From Candidatus Izemoplasmatales bacterium (GTDB lineage: Bacteria; Bacillota_I; Bacilli_A; Izemoplasmatales; Hujiaoplasmataceae): DNA of 64,000 bases. Where the stretch lies: NCBI GenBank assembly GCA_050949045.1, contig JBMNEZ010000001.1:800001-864000 (forward strand), given 5' to 3'. Shown here one piece after another: positions 38,843-51,819 of the stretch. Position 1 is the stretch's first letter, and the number at the start of each line of letters is the position of its first letter. Under the pieces are notes generated by a model. That model searched no databases and was not told the origin of the DNA. It worked only from the letters and a program-made list of their open reading frames with translations. The position numbers and the translations under genes are program-made.

Positions 38843-39289
38843 CTAGCGGTATTCTTTCTCGACTTTTTCGAGCCGTCTTTTCGAGTCTTCCTCTTTGGCG
38901 GTCTCGCGTTTGTCGTAAAGCTTCTTGCCCTTGCAAAGGGCAAGTTCAACCTTGCACAAACTTTCCTTAAGATAGACTTTTGTGGGAACCAGGGTCAGAC
39001 CCTCTTGTTTAAGCTTCAAGGACAGCCTGATGATGTCATGTTTCTCCATCAGAAGCTTCCGGTCCCGTTTTTCCTCATGGTTATGGATGTTGCCGTGGGA
39101 GTATTTGGAAATATGCATATTGATCACGAAAAGTTCATAGCCTTTGATGCGGGCATAGGCATCGTTGATCGCCACTTTGCCGAGCCTGACCGATTTGATT
39201 TCGGTGCCGGTGAGGACGATGCCGCATTCGAAGGTATCGAGGATGTAGTATTCGCGGCTGATCTTTTTGTTGTTCACGATGACTTTCAT
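38843..39289 (-). CDS. smpB: SsrA-binding protein
   Basis: NKK...EY, GIVLTGTEIKSVR, RKLL, KGKKLYDKR. Confidence 0.98.
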   Translation of the reverse strand: MKVIVNNKKISREYYILDTFECGIVLTGTEIKSVRLGKVAINDAYARIKGYELFVINMHISKYSHGNIHNHEEKRDRKLLMEKHDIIRLSLKLKQEGLTLVPTKVYLKESLCKVELALCKGKKLYDKRETAKEEDSKRRLEKVEKEYR

Positions 39290-39301
39290 CAGGGCACCTC
39301 C

Positions 39302-41371
39302 CTAGGCAAGGACGAAATCAATCTTGCCTCGCCACCGGTCAGCCTTGACGAGACGAACACGAACCTTCTTGCCTATATTATATACTATCCTAGAAGAAAT
39401 TCCAAGATAGATCATCTGCTTCTCATTGAAGTCAATGGCCTCGGGAAAAGTGGAGATATGGACCAGTCCTTCAACCGTGTTAGGCAGTTCGACGAACATC
39501 CCGAAACGGGTCAGACCCGAGACGACACCTTCAAAAACCTCGTTGACATGGTTTTCCATGTATTCGGCTTTTTTCATTTCTTCGACTTCCCTTTCAGCGA
39601 GCATTGCCCTTCTTTCGGTAACTGAACTTTGGATGGCCGCTTGTGGCAAGACTTCGAGAAAATGATCCAGCATCTTTAAGGTCGGTTCGTTGAACAGATA
39701 GGCTCTCAGCATCCGGTGAACCATCAGATCGGGATAACGCCTGATCGGCGAAGTGAAATGGGTGTAATGAGAAAAGGCAAGACCGTAGTGACCGAGATTA
39801 AGTTCGCTGTACTTGGCTTTCGCCATCGACCTCAGCATCAGCGTGTTGAAGACCTTGTCGTATTCGGAGCCCTCGACATCATGCAAGAGTTCTTGCAGGT
39901 GCCTATGCGTCGGCCGTTTGGGAACATCAGAAACGATACCCTGTTCCTTGGCAAACTGAAAAAGCGAAGCGAGTTTCTCCGAATCAGGTTTCTCATGGAC
40001 CCGATATATGAAAGGATACTCGCGGAAGTGGATATCGGATGCGACCACTTGGTTAGCGACAAGCATGAACTCTTCGATCAAACGCTCGGAAACGCCTCTC
40101 TCCCTGATTATGATATCCGTGACATTGCCCTCGGTGTCGAAACTGATCTTCGGTTCGATCGTTTCAAAATCGATTGAACCGATTTTGATCCTGACATCCC
40201 TGAGTATCTGGGCGAGTTCCGCCATCAAAACAAGATTGTCGATAATCTTTGGATCGGTTATCGTCTCGGACATTTCGCCGGCAAGGATCTTGTTGCACTC
40301 GCCGTAAGTCAACTGCCGGCGGCTTCTGATCAATGAGGGAAAGAGCTCGTAATTGATGACTTCGGCACTACCATTTATCTCCATCACACAAGAAAGCGTC
40401 AAACGGTCAACCCCGGGATTGAGAGAGCAAATTCCGTTCGCCAGCTTTCTTGGAAGCATCGGGACGACCTTGTCGGCCAGATAAACACTAGTGCCCCTCG
40501 AAAAGGCTTCCAAGTCCAAAGGCGAACCCTCGGTCACATAATGGCTGACATCGGCGATATGAACGCCCAGGCGATATGTTCCTCGCGGCAGTTTGACAAG
40601 CGAAATCGCATCATCGATATCCTTGGTATCGTTGCCGTCGATCGTAAAGATCAATTCATCCCGCAGATCCTTGCGCCCTTCATATTCAAAGGGCCGCACT
40701 TCGGAGGGGACCAGATCCAGATACTGGATCACCGCTTCGGGAAAAGTATCGGGAATCTGAAGCCTCTTCAGAACTTCGATGATTTCGATACCGGGATCAT
40801 CGCGATGGCCGATGATCTCCGTTATCGCGCAATCGGCGATGTTTTGGCGCCTATAACGGACGATTTTCGCCGTTACGATTGCATAATCGACCAGTTCTTT
40901 TGGTTTCTCCACAACTTTGAAAAATACGTTCTGCGCTCCGTTTTTGGGAAAGATCGCGCCCTGGTAGTACTCGCCGACAACTGTCTCGAGAGCGCGTTTT
41001 TGGACTTTAACGACTTCGCCTTCACTTCTCTCAAATGCCGAGCTTCGGTTGATTCTGACCAAAACGGTGTCCCCGGGGAACGCATCGAGGGTCTTTCCCC
41101 TAGCGATGTAGATATCCTCAGCCAAATCTTCCGTAACCAAAAAACCATATCCGGCCGGTTTGAGGTCAAGAACGCCGGTTAGGAAGTTCTTCCCGTCAAG
41201 AAGCATGTACTTGCCGTTTTCGCTGGCGACAATCCTATCCTCTTCCAGAAGCGACTGAAGCGCCAGCGAGATCTTGTTTCTGTCTTTCTCCTTCAAGTCT
41301 TTCTGGATCTTTTTGACGCTGGCGGGAGGATAGTCTTTCCGCTTGAGCAGTTTGATGATTCTTTCCTTCAT
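39302..41371 (-). CDS. rnr: ribonuclease R
   Basis: TIDGNDTKDIDDA, HIADVS, SERLIEEFML.AN, HFTSPIRRYPDL, C-terminal S1; secG-rnr-smpB synteny. Confidence 0.96.
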   Translation of the reverse strand: MKERIIKLLKRKDYPPASVKKIQKDLKEKDRNKISLALQSLLEEDRIVASENGKYMLLDGKNFLTGVLDLKPAGYGFLVTEDLAEDIYIARGKTLDAFPGDTVLVRINRSSAFERSEGEVVKVQKRALETVVGEYYQGAIFPKNGAQNVFFKVVEKPKELVDYAIVTAKIVRYRRQNIADCAITEIIGHRDDPGIEIIEVLKRLQIPDTFPEAVIQYLDLVPSEVRPFEYEGRKDLRDELIFTIDGNDTKDIDDAISLVKLPRGTYRLGVHIADVSHYVTEGSPLDLEAFSRGTSVYLADKVVPMLPRKLANGICSLNPGVDRLTLSCVMEINGSAEVINYELFPSLIRSRRQLTYGECNKILAGEMSETITDPKIIDNLVLMAELAQILRDVRIKIGSIDFETIEPKISFDTEGNVTDIIIRERGVSERLIEEFMLVANQVVASDIHFREYPFIYRVHEKPDSEKLASLFQFAKEQGIVSDVPKRPTHRHLQELLHDVEGSEYDKVFNTLMLRSMAKAKYSELNLGHYGLAFSHYTHFTSPIRRYPDLMVHRMLRAYLFNEPTLKMLDHFLEVLPQAAIQSSVTERRAMLAEREVEEMKKAEYMENHVNEVFEGVVSGLTRFGMFVELPNTVEGLVHISTFPEAIDFNEKQMIYLGISSRIVYNIGKKVRVRLVKADRWRGKIDFVLA

Positions 41372-41414
41372 AATGTCTCCTGTATTTTGAAAAAAAAGAA
41401 CACATCAATGTGTT

Positions 41415-41636
41415 CTAGAAGACTATCGCCAAAATCGCCAGCACCGCGAATATCACCGTCGTAGCCGTGGTGATCCTTGCCAACAAGAGCTCGGGACCGC
41501 GTTGTTTCTGGTTTTTGAACAGTTCGGATTTTTCTCCCGAAAAGGTGTTTTGGACGTCATCTTTGGACTCCTGAAGCATAACGAGAGCGATCAGGAATAC
41601 CGACACACTGAGAAGTAGCCAATCGAGCCAACCCAT
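41415..41636 (-). CDS. secG: preprotein translocase subunit SecG
   Basis: Two TM, V.LQ.SK, FSG...LF...K.RG; ATG 41636 with AGGAGG. Confidence 0.92.
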   Translation of the reverse strand: MGWLDWLLLSVSVFLIALVMLQESKDDVQNTFSGEKSELFKNQKQRGPELLLARITTATTVIFAVLAILAIVF

Positions 41637-41704
41637 AGCGAACCTCCTATTAACATTGATCGTCGATGATCGCACAATCTGATCGTGCTCAATCATTATA
41701 ACAC

Positions 41705-41743
41705 AAAAACACGCTTTTGGAACCCCAAAAAGCGTGTTTTTTT
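41705..41743 (-). terminator. terminator after eno
   Basis: AAAAACACGCTTTT...AAAAGCGTGTTTTTT. Confidence 0.8.
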
Positions 41744-41760
41744 ATTCATAATCTAAATGG

Positions 41761-44609
<2,849 letters not shown>

Positions 44610-44674
44610 ATCCACACTCCTATCGTTAATATTATACTACATTTGAACTGTTAGATAAAGCACTATGACTTTGG

Positions 44675-44688
44675 TGTAAACATTTACA
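44675..44688. promoter_or_regulatory. cre-like / LacI-family palindromic operator
   Basis: TGTAAACATTTACA between the divergent gpmI and GH13 promoters. Confidence 0.55.
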
Positions 44689-44750
44689 TACCCATAAATA
44701 GACGAAACGGAATCAACGTTTGTTTGTTATAATATTCATGAGGTGATACA

Positions 44751-46811
44751 GTGCGAAAGGGCAAACTGGAAAAACTGGCGAAGGTTCTCGAAAACAAAAT
44801 CGCTTTGGGTAGAATCAACTATGTAGTTCCCGATATCTGGAACGCCTGGGATTATGACGGCCCTGAACTCCGCCGCCTGCCATCAGAAGAGCTATTGGTT
44901 AATCCATACCGGTTTTTCGCCACGCTCATCCGCGAATGGATTCTCATCCATAAGGCTCCCAACACCAACTATCGCCGCTCGTTGTCCGCGATCGATGATA
45001 CCGCTAATAATGGCGACTGGCTTAAGCGCTCGACGCTTTATTCGCTGATGGTTCGCACCAGCGCCGCCTGGGACCATGACCGCTCCCATTCGCTTGATTC
45101 CCGCAACTTCGACAATCTGAAAGAGACCGGCACCTTCGTCAAAGCGCTGGCGCTCCTTCCCTTTTTGGTAAAGATGGGTGTGGATACGATCTACTTGTTG
45201 CCGGTGACCAAGTTTTCTCGAAACAACAAAAAGGGTGAACTCGGCTCCCCCTATGCCGTCTCAAACTACACCGAACTCGATCCGGAACTGAAAGACGATC
45301 TGACCGGCAGCGAGATGACGCTGGACGAAGAGTTCCAGGCTTTTGTCGAGGCTTGCCACATCCTTTCGATCAGAGTGACGATCGATATCATGCCGCGGAC
45401 GATTGCACTTGACAACGCTTATTTAAAAAAACATCCGGAGTGGTTCTACTGGATCAAAGCGAGCGAGGCCCATCTCTACAAGACACCCAAAATCGAGGGT
45501 CTGGGCAATACGTTACCACCTGAAAGCAGGCATATGGAAAAAGTATATGCCTCGGAGGCGGTCAAAAACCATCTCCGGCTCTTCCAAAAAGATCCGAAAG
45601 CCACAGATAAAGACAAATGGCAAAAACTCATCGACGATAATCCCGATGATTTTCTCCAAGAAATATCCAAACGCTTCGACCTGACAGTGGCTCCGGCTTT
45701 TTCCGACCATATCAACGATATTCAGCCACCCTGGACCGACATCACCTTTTTAAGGCTGTATCTGGATCATCCCACCGCAAACATCAAGTATCTCGACAAT
45801 CCCAAGATACCACCGTATATTCTATTCGACACGATCAAAGCCAACCTGCATCCAGGAAAAAAACCGAATAAAGTTCTTTGGCGCGAACTGGCAAAGACCA
45901 TCCCGCATTTCCAAAAACGTTTTGGCATCGATGGCGCCAGGATCGACATGGGGCATGCCCTCCCCGCTGAACTCCTCGAGATGATCATAACGAGGGCAAG
46001 GGATAACGATTCCGATTTCGGGCTTATCGCCGAAGAGCTGAACCCGGACAATGCTAAAAAAGCGAAAGATCTCGGCTACAACATCATGATCGGCAACGGC
46101 TTCTGGATGGAGCCGAGATTCAAAGAGGGCTTTCTCCAGGCCTTCATCGAGCGCGCCATCATATCGGAATTGCCGATGTTCGCCACGCCGGAAACCCACG
46201 ACAGCAAAAGGATCGCCGCCAGAGAAGGCGGGATCGTCCTTTCAAGGATGTTGGCGATTTTCAACATGTTGTTACCCAATCTGGTCCCTTTCATCAATTC
46301 AGGACAGGAATTCTACGAGACGCAACCGATGAATATCGGGGTCGACTGTGTTCCAAAAGATCGCTTCAGCCTCCCAAAAAACGACATTTTTTATGGCAAA
46401 CTCGCCCTTTTCGACAAATACGCCCTCCACTATCTCCATCCCAGACGCTGGGAAATAGCGGATCATCTCCGAGGCATCAAAGAAATCCGCAAACAATGGT
46501 TGAAACAACTGACGGATCCCGAGGCAGCGCTGATTTTGTCCAGTCACGACCATAACAGCCGCTTTATCGCCGTCGGCTACTTCGACAAGGCCTCAGGCAG
46601 TTGTCTTGTCGTCGCCGGCAATCCTGATCCCGCCGTCGACGTCAATGGACATGTCCCGATCACCTTGCTTCGTGAACGCGCGCAAAACCGGAACCTGCAA
46701 GCCAAACTTCTCTATTCCACTTACAGTTTCGGCGGCGATTATAGCGGCTTGACGGACGATTCCCTCTATCTTGGCCTGAAAAAGGGCGAAGTCAAGGTAA
46801 TCTCGTTTTAA
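44751..46811 (+). CDS. GH13 alpha-amylase family, maltosyltransferase-like (Thermotoga MTase type)
   Basis: YLLP, KKG..GSPY, EEF.AFVEACH, HPEWFYWIK, FSD.IND.QP.W.D.TFLRLYLDHP, GIDGARIDMGH, IAEE, ETHD. Confidence 0.85.
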   Translation: MRKGKLEKLAKVLENKIALGRINYVVPDIWNAWDYDGPELRRLPSEELLVNPYRFFATLIREWILIHKAPNTNYRRSLSAIDDTANNGDWLKRSTLYSLMVRTSAAWDHDRSHSLDSRNFDNLKETGTFVKALALLPFLVKMGVDTIYLLPVTKFSRNNKKGELGSPYAVSNYTELDPELKDDLTGSEMTLDEEFQAFVEACHILSIRVTIDIMPRTIALDNAYLKKHPEWFYWIKASEAHLYKTPKIEGLGNTLPPESRHMEKVYASEAVKNHLRLFQKDPKATDKDKWQKLIDDNPDDFLQEISKRFDLTVAPAFSDHINDIQPPWTDITFLRLYLDHPTANIKYLDNPKIPPYILFDTIKANLHPGKKPNKVLWRELAKTIPHFQKRFGIDGARIDMGHALPAELLEMIITRARDNDSDFGLIAEELNPDNAKKAKDLGYNIMIGNGFWMEPRFKEGFLQAFIERAIISELPMFATPETHDSKRIAAREGGIVLSRMLAIFNMLLPNLVPFINSGQEFYETQPMNIGVDCVPKDRFSLPKNDIFYGKLALFDKYALHYLHPRRWEIADHLRGIKEIRKQWLKQLTDPEAALILSSHDHNSRFIAVGYFDKASGSCLVVAGNPDPAVDVNGHVPITLLRERAQNRNLQAKLLYSTYSFGGDYSGLTDDSLYLGLKKGEVKVISF

Positions 46812-46891
46812 ACATACAAACAAAAAGTTGTCGCTCCTGCAAAATAAAATCAGACTGGCAATGATGGTTCACATCTGAATAATGAGCAATG

Positions 46892-46931
46892 AAAAAGCGT
46901 AGCTGCCAACATCAGATAACTACGCTTTTTT
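46892..46931. terminator. bidirectional terminator between the GH13 gene and folT
   Basis: AAAAAGCGTAG...CTACGCTTTTTT. Confidence 0.75.
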
Positions 46932-46974
46932 CTTACAGTTGATTCTTAATTCACAAGGCTATTTCGGACGCTTT

Positions 46975-47742
46975 TTATGATTCAATTCGATCGTGCCTTC
47001 CTAACAATTCTCCCAGCAGTTTGAGGATCGGCACCAACAAAACGACATAGGCCACCACTTCGATCGGCATTTTGATGATCCGAAGGGGCAAGAGCGACCA
47101 ATAGGGAACCTGTTGCACAATCGCGATCTGAAGCGGCGTGATGACAAGGGAGACGATCATGTAGATGATCATCACGACAAACAGAAGCCTGGTTCCGTCC
47201 TTGCCGTAACGGCTATTGTTTTTGATAATCAAGTTCAATACCCCGAGAACGATCGCCGAAACGACTCCTGTAGCCAATAACAAATACTTTTCCGTCCGGC
47301 CGAGGCTTTGCGTATAAACATAATCCAGGTTAAAGAAATAAATGCCCGCAGCCAAAAGAAAAAGGCCTAGGAGAACATAATTTGCCAAAAAAAAGAATTT
47401 TTTGCCGGCTTTTGCGCCATTGCAGAAAAAAAGCCCCGGAATCACACCGTACAAAATAGCGTTCAGAGTGAAGACCGGCGAAAAAGTGTAACTGAAAATC
47501 GGCGCGCCGATCAGAAAGATCCCCAGCAAATCCTGGGCGATGCCGCCCATCAGCCCGTAGACGGGCCCAAACAAGATGGAAATCACGATCAAGGGCAGAT
47601 AGCCGATCCCAAAGCGGATAATGGCCGATCCCGTCGGGGGGATCGTTATCGACAGAAAGTAGGTCAGGATGATCCCGATGGCGACCATCAAACCCGTGAA
47701 AATCAGTTTTTGAACTGCTTTTTTTTTCATTTTTCCACTCAC
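46975..47742 (-). CDS. folT: folate-family ECF transporter S component
   Basis: L..A..I.L, IRFG...LP...I.ILFGP..G...G...D..G, P.FTL..IL.G.IPG, PLRI.K. Confidence 0.8.
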   Translation of the reverse strand: MSGKMKKKAVQKLIFTGLMVAIGIILTYFLSITIPPTGSAIIRFGIGYLPLIVISILFGPVYGLMGGIAQDLLGIFLIGAPIFSYTFSPVFTLNAILYGVIPGLFFCNGAKAGKKFFFLANYVLLGLFLLAAGIYFFNLDYVYTQSLGRTEKYLLLATGVVSAIVLGVLNLIIKNNSRYGKDGTRLLFVVMIIYMIVSLVITPLQIAIVQQVPYWSLLPLRIIKMPIEVVAYVVLLVPILKLLGELLGRHDRIES

Positions 47743-48405
47743 TTATTCCAAACGGAAGTCAATTGGTTCTTGGTTGGTCGAGATCAGGAAATTGTTGATG
47801 TTGGAAAACGGACGGGAGCCGAAAAATCCACGTGAAGCCGACAGGGGCGAGGGATGGACATTCTCGATCAGGTGATGGATGGGATTGGTTATCAGGGCGC
47901 TTTTGCTTCTGGCATAACTGCCCCACAGGACGAAGACAACCGGCGTTTCCTTCTGGTTCACGAGTTCGATCACGTGGTCGGTGAAGCGTTCCCAGCCGTA
48001 CACCCTGTGGCTGAGCGGCTGATGCTCCCTGACGGAAAGGATCGCGTTGAGTAATAAAATCCCCTGTTTTGCCCAGAAAGTCAAATCTCCAGATTTTGGC
48101 ATTGGATAGCCAAGATCGCTGTTTAGCTCCTTAAAAATATTCTCAAGCGACGGGGGGAAAGGAACTCCGGAGCGGACGGAAAACAAAAGACCCATAACTT
48201 GGTTGGGTCCGTGATAGGGATCCTGCCCCATGATGACAACTTTCGTCTTTTCGCAACTCGAGTACCTGAAAGCGTTGAAAACTTCGTTGATGGCCGGATA
48301 ACAACGATACTTGCGATACTCCTCCTTGATGTTCTCTGTCAACTCCCGGAAATAATCCTTGCGAAACTCCGCCTCGAGGAGTTGATCCCAATCATTGCCG
48401 ATCAT
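47743..48405 (-). CDS. ung: uracil-DNA glycosylase family 1
   Basis: GQDPYH, PPSL.NI, WAKQG.LLLN, HPSPLS. Confidence 0.98.
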   Translation of the reverse strand: MIGNDWDQLLEAEFRKDYFRELTENIKEEYRKYRCYPAINEVFNAFRYSSCEKTKVVIMGQDPYHGPNQVMGLLFSVRSGVPFPPSLENIFKELNSDLGYPMPKSGDLTFWAKQGILLLNAILSVREHQPLSHRVYGWERFTDHVIELVNQKETPVVFVLWGSYARSKSALITNPIHHLIENVHPSPLSASRGFFGSRPFSNINNFLISTNQEPIDFRLE

Positions 48406-48592
48406 GTTGCTTCTTCATTTCCAAACTTGCCTTGACAAGGCACGAGTGCTCAGAACAAGATCCGCAAGCTGGGAACACTTTCTGGTGTTCGCAACTTTCG
48501 GGAGGAGCGGTTTTGGCATTGAGATATAAGCTAACGGCGAATAAGACGATCAGGACGGCGAGGATGCCGATGCCGATCAAGACTGGTCCCAT
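48392..48592 (-). CDS. small membrane-anchored Cys-rich protein (66 aa)
   Basis: N-terminal TM, C-x8-CxxC-x4-C; GAGGAG RBS; overlaps the ung start. Confidence 0.75.
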   Translation of the reverse strand: MGPVLIGIGILAVLIVLFAVSLYLNAKTAPPESCEHQKVFPACGSCSEHSCLVKASLEMKKQHDRQ

Positions 48593-48603
48593 GTAAACTC
48601 CTC

Positions 48604-50310
48604 CTAGTCGATTCCCTCGATGATTTTTGTCAGTTCATCGAGTATTTGCCTGATGTTGCCGTTCGCCTCGGCGGCTGTCTTCCCGCTTGAGACGACGTAT
48701 ATTTTCAGTTTTGGCTCAGTTCCCGAAGGCCGAAGAACGAACCAAGAACCGTCTTGAAGCATGTATTTGACGACCTCGGAAGGCGGCAACAACAGCGTCT
48801 CCTGTTCCTGGCCGCGGAAGCGGAGTTTCTGATAATAGTCTTCGATCCATACCACGTCTTTTTCAGCCACACGCTCCAGATGGTATTTGGTGAAGTGCTC
48901 CATGATCCGGTCAATCCGCCTTTTGCCTTCCAAACCGGTGAGCACGATATTCTTGAGCGTTTCGGAGTGATATCCGTATTTCGAAAAGATGTCTTGAAGC
49001 ACTTGATAAAGCGTTTTCCCTTCGGTCATTTGGTAGTAGGCGGCTGCCTCGCTGACGAGCAGGAGAGCTTGCAGAGCATCTTTGTCGCGGACATTGTCGT
49101 CGATGACATAGCCGAAAGACTCCTCATATCCAAAGACAAAGGTTTTGCCGGTTCCCTCGAGATAGCGGGCTTGTTCGCCGATATACTTGAAGCCGGTCAG
49201 GGTGGAGACAACTTCTAGGCCGTGCGCTCTGGCAATTTTAGCACCGAGATCGGAAGTGACAATGGTATTGAAGACGACGCCTTTAGCCGGCAACAACCCC
49301 AAGCGTTTCTTTTCACAAAGAATATAATTGATCAAAAGCGCGCCGGTTTGATTTCCGGAAAGATAATAGTAGCCATAGTCCATCTTGACGGCGACCCCGA
49401 GCCGGTCGGCGTCAGGATCGGTCGCGATCAAGAGATCAGCTCCGATTTTCAACCCCAGTTCCTCAGCCATCGCAAATGCTTTGGGGTCTTCCGGATTCGG
49501 TGAACTGACGGTGGAAAACGCCGGATCGGGGATCATCTGCTCTTCAACGCAAACCACCTTGTATCCGGTGTCCCGAAGCAGTTTAGGCGCCAAAACCGCG
49601 CTCGTTCCATGGAGGGGAGTGAACACGATCTTGATCTTCTTTTCAACTTCCGGATGGATCTGTAGGCCCTTAAGATAATCGAGATACACCTTATCAATTT
49701 TAGGCCCGATTTCTTCAAACAGGTTTTCTTTCTTCAATTCTTCCAGTGTCTTTGTCCCGATCGCAAAGATGTCCTTGACTTCCTCGACTCTCGCGATGAT
49801 CTTCTCGGCGTACTGGGGCGTGTACTGGCAACCGTGTTCGTCATAGATTTTATAGCCGTTGTAGTTCGGCGGGTTGTGGCTGGCGGTGATGACGATGCCG
49901 CTGATCGCTTTTAAATATCTGGTCGCAAACGAAAGCTCGGGCGTCGGTCTCAAGGCGTCGAACAAAAACGATTTGATTCCGTATGCGCCAAGCACTTTTG
50001 CGGACTCAAAAGCAAATTCGCGGGAATACTTGCGGTTGTCGTGAGCGATGACGACTCCGCGTTCAAGATCAGCTGTGGGATAGGTATCGATCAGATACTT
50101 CGCCAGACCGACATTGGCCTTGCGGATCGTGTAGATATTGAGGCGATTGGTTCCGGCTCCGAGCATCCCGCGCATGCCACCGGTCCCGAAAGCGAGCGAA
50201 GTATAGAACATATCCTCAAGTTCGGCTTCTGTCTTGCCTTTCAAGTCTTCACGGAGATCCTCTTGAAGCCCTTCATGATCAAGCCATTCTTGATATGTTT
50301 TTTTCCACAT
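48604..50310 (-). CDS. pgm: phosphoglucomutase / phospho-sugar mutase
   Basis: FGTGG.RG, ITASHNP, DPDADR, GYEES, RPSGTEPK. Confidence 0.95.
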   Translation of the reverse strand: MWKKTYQEWLDHEGLQEDLREDLKGKTEAELEDMFYTSLAFGTGGMRGMLGAGTNRLNIYTIRKANVGLAKYLIDTYPTADLERGVVIAHDNRKYSREFAFESAKVLGAYGIKSFLFDALRPTPELSFATRYLKAISGIVITASHNPPNYNGYKIYDEHGCQYTPQYAEKIIARVEEVKDIFAIGTKTLEELKKENLFEEIGPKIDKVYLDYLKGLQIHPEVEKKIKIVFTPLHGTSAVLAPKLLRDTGYKVVCVEEQMIPDPAFSTVSSPNPEDPKAFAMAEELGLKIGADLLIATDPDADRLGVAVKMDYGYYYLSGNQTGALLINYILCEKKRLGLLPAKGVVFNTIVTSDLGAKIARAHGLEVVSTLTGFKYIGEQARYLEGTGKTFVFGYEESFGYVIDDNVRDKDALQALLLVSEAAAYYQMTEGKTLYQVLQDIFSKYGYHSETLKNIVLTGLEGKRRIDRIMEHFTKYHLERVAEKDVVWIEDYYQKLRFRGQEQETLLLPPSEVVKYMLQDGSWFVLRPSGTEPKLKIYVVSSGKTAAEANGNIRQILDELTKIIEGID

Positions 50311-50367
50311 CTTTCTTTCCTCCTAACCTTGACTTCCAAAAGCCATGTTTGCGGATTCAAACCCGAG

Positions 50368-50910
50368 TCAGCGGATGTAGTCGACGATGCCTTCGCGCCT
50401 CGGTTTGACTTCGGGCGCATCCGAAGCGGCATAGCCAAAACAGATTGAAGCGTCATGTTGGTAGCCGTCGGGTATCTTCAGAAAGCGGTTGACTTCAACG
50501 ATGTTGTCTTGTTGATAGATGTAGCGAGACTGTCCGACAATGCAGGAATCGAGTCCGAGCGCCTTGGCGGCGATAGCCATGTTTTGAAGAGCGCAGCCGC
50601 AGTTCATCTCGCTGTAACCTTCGATGACCGAACTCATGATGATGACGGCGGGAGCGTGAAAAAACAGATGGTATCCGGGTTCTTTATGGATTCCGAGTTT
50701 TTTCATGCCTTCAAGCGCGAGCCGGTTGATCTCATCGATTGTGTCCTTGTTCGTGATCACAGTGAAATGCCAGTTCTGCTTGTTTCTCGCCGAAGGTGCG
50801 TGAATCCCGCATTCGACGATCTGTTTTAAAACGGCTTCCGGAACCGGCTTGTCCAAGTAGTTCCGAACGCTTCTCCTTTTCATAATGACGTTGATTGTCT
50901 CATTAGCCAT
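50368..50910 (-). CDS. nitroreductase family protein
   Basis: RRSVRNY, APSARNKQNW, QNM.IAA..LGL.SC; ATG 50910 with GAGGAGG. Confidence 0.92.
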   Translation of the reverse strand: MANETINVIMKRRSVRNYLDKPVPEAVLKQIVECGIHAPSARNKQNWHFTVITNKDTIDEINRLALEGMKKLGIHKEPGYHLFFHAPAVIIMSSVIEGYSEMNCGCALQNMAIAAKALGLDSCIVGQSRYIYQQDNIVEVNRFLKIPDGYQHDASICFGYAASDAPEVKPRREGIVDYIR

Positions 50911-51817
50911 CAAAAGTTCCCTCCTCGTCCAACAGTCGCTCAAGCGACTTCTTACCAAGTTCCGCCAACCCGTTTTCAAAGGTCAGCCTTGCGAGTTTCA
51001 GACCGCAGCCGACTGCCTGGTCGGCTGACATACCGGATTTTATTCCAAAGATGACTCCCGCAAACAGTGCATCGCCGGCACCGGTGCTCGTCAGGTATCG
51101 GTGCGGTGTCTCCGGGGTTTGTGATTTGATGTTGCCGTTATCGTTATAGACAACCGGATTTTTACCATCTGTGATGACATAGAAAACAGATGATTTGTTA
51201 CAAATGGTCCTGATTGATGCTTCGCCTAGCGGCAAAGCCAAACCGTGCAACGAAGCCAGTTCCTGCCGGTTTACCTTGATTGAGGCAATCTTGTCAAGGA
51301 AAGGCTTGAACCGCAACACTTTAGTTTGGCTTACGCCATCACAATAGATGGGGATCGAATGATAGCGATTGATCAAATAGCCAATCACCATCTCAGGAAG
51401 GTTCGCGTCAAGAACGATGGCGTCAGCCGCCCTGATAAGATTATCATAACGGTTGAAATCAGTGTTTTCAATCTGATCAAGCAAGGAAAAGTCGTTGATC
51501 CCGATTTCAAGAACGCCGTTTTTGTCGCAAGCGGCGAGATAAACCGCTGAAGCGGCGTTTTCAACGGGGATAGGGAGAAACCGGAAACGAGCATCGGCGA
51601 GTCTGTTTGCGATCAGCTTCCCGAAATCATCCTTAGCGAGGGAACTGATCAGGTCGACATCCATTCCGAGGCCCGCAAGAAGCAAAGCGATATTGTGTCC
51701 GACGCCTCCGACAGACACCGTGATCCTTCCGGGATTGGAATCGTTGGCAATCAATGACCCCAAGCACTGTCCAAGCAGATCGACCGCCGTTGCGCCGATC
51801 ACAACGATCTTTTTCAT
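50903..51817 (-). CDS. PfkB-family kinase, pseudouridine kinase (PsuK/YeiC)-like
   Basis: DSNPG.I..S.GGVG.NIA, LDANL, K.N..E, TGAGDA. Confidence 0.8.
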   Translation of the reverse strand: MKKIVVIGATAVDLLGQCLGSLIANDSNPGRITVSVGGVGHNIALLLAGLGMDVDLISSLAKDDFGKLIANRLADARFRFLPIPVENAASAVYLAACDKNGVLEIGINDFSLLDQIENTDFNRYDNLIRAADAIVLDANLPEMVIGYLINRYHSIPIYCDGVSQTKVLRFKPFLDKIASIKVNRQELASLHGLALPLGEASIRTICNKSSVFYVITDGKNPVVYNDNGNIKSQTPETPHRYLTSTGAGDALFAGVIFGIKSGMSADQAVGCGLKLARLTFENGLAELGKKSLERLLDEEGTFDG

Positions 51818-51819
51818 GG

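Noticed and set aside
38738..39625. 295-aa plus-strand ORF
   Set aside because: Antisense to ssrA, smpB and rnr
47730..47760. THF riboswitch upstream of folT
   Set aside because: folT abuts ung with no leader space
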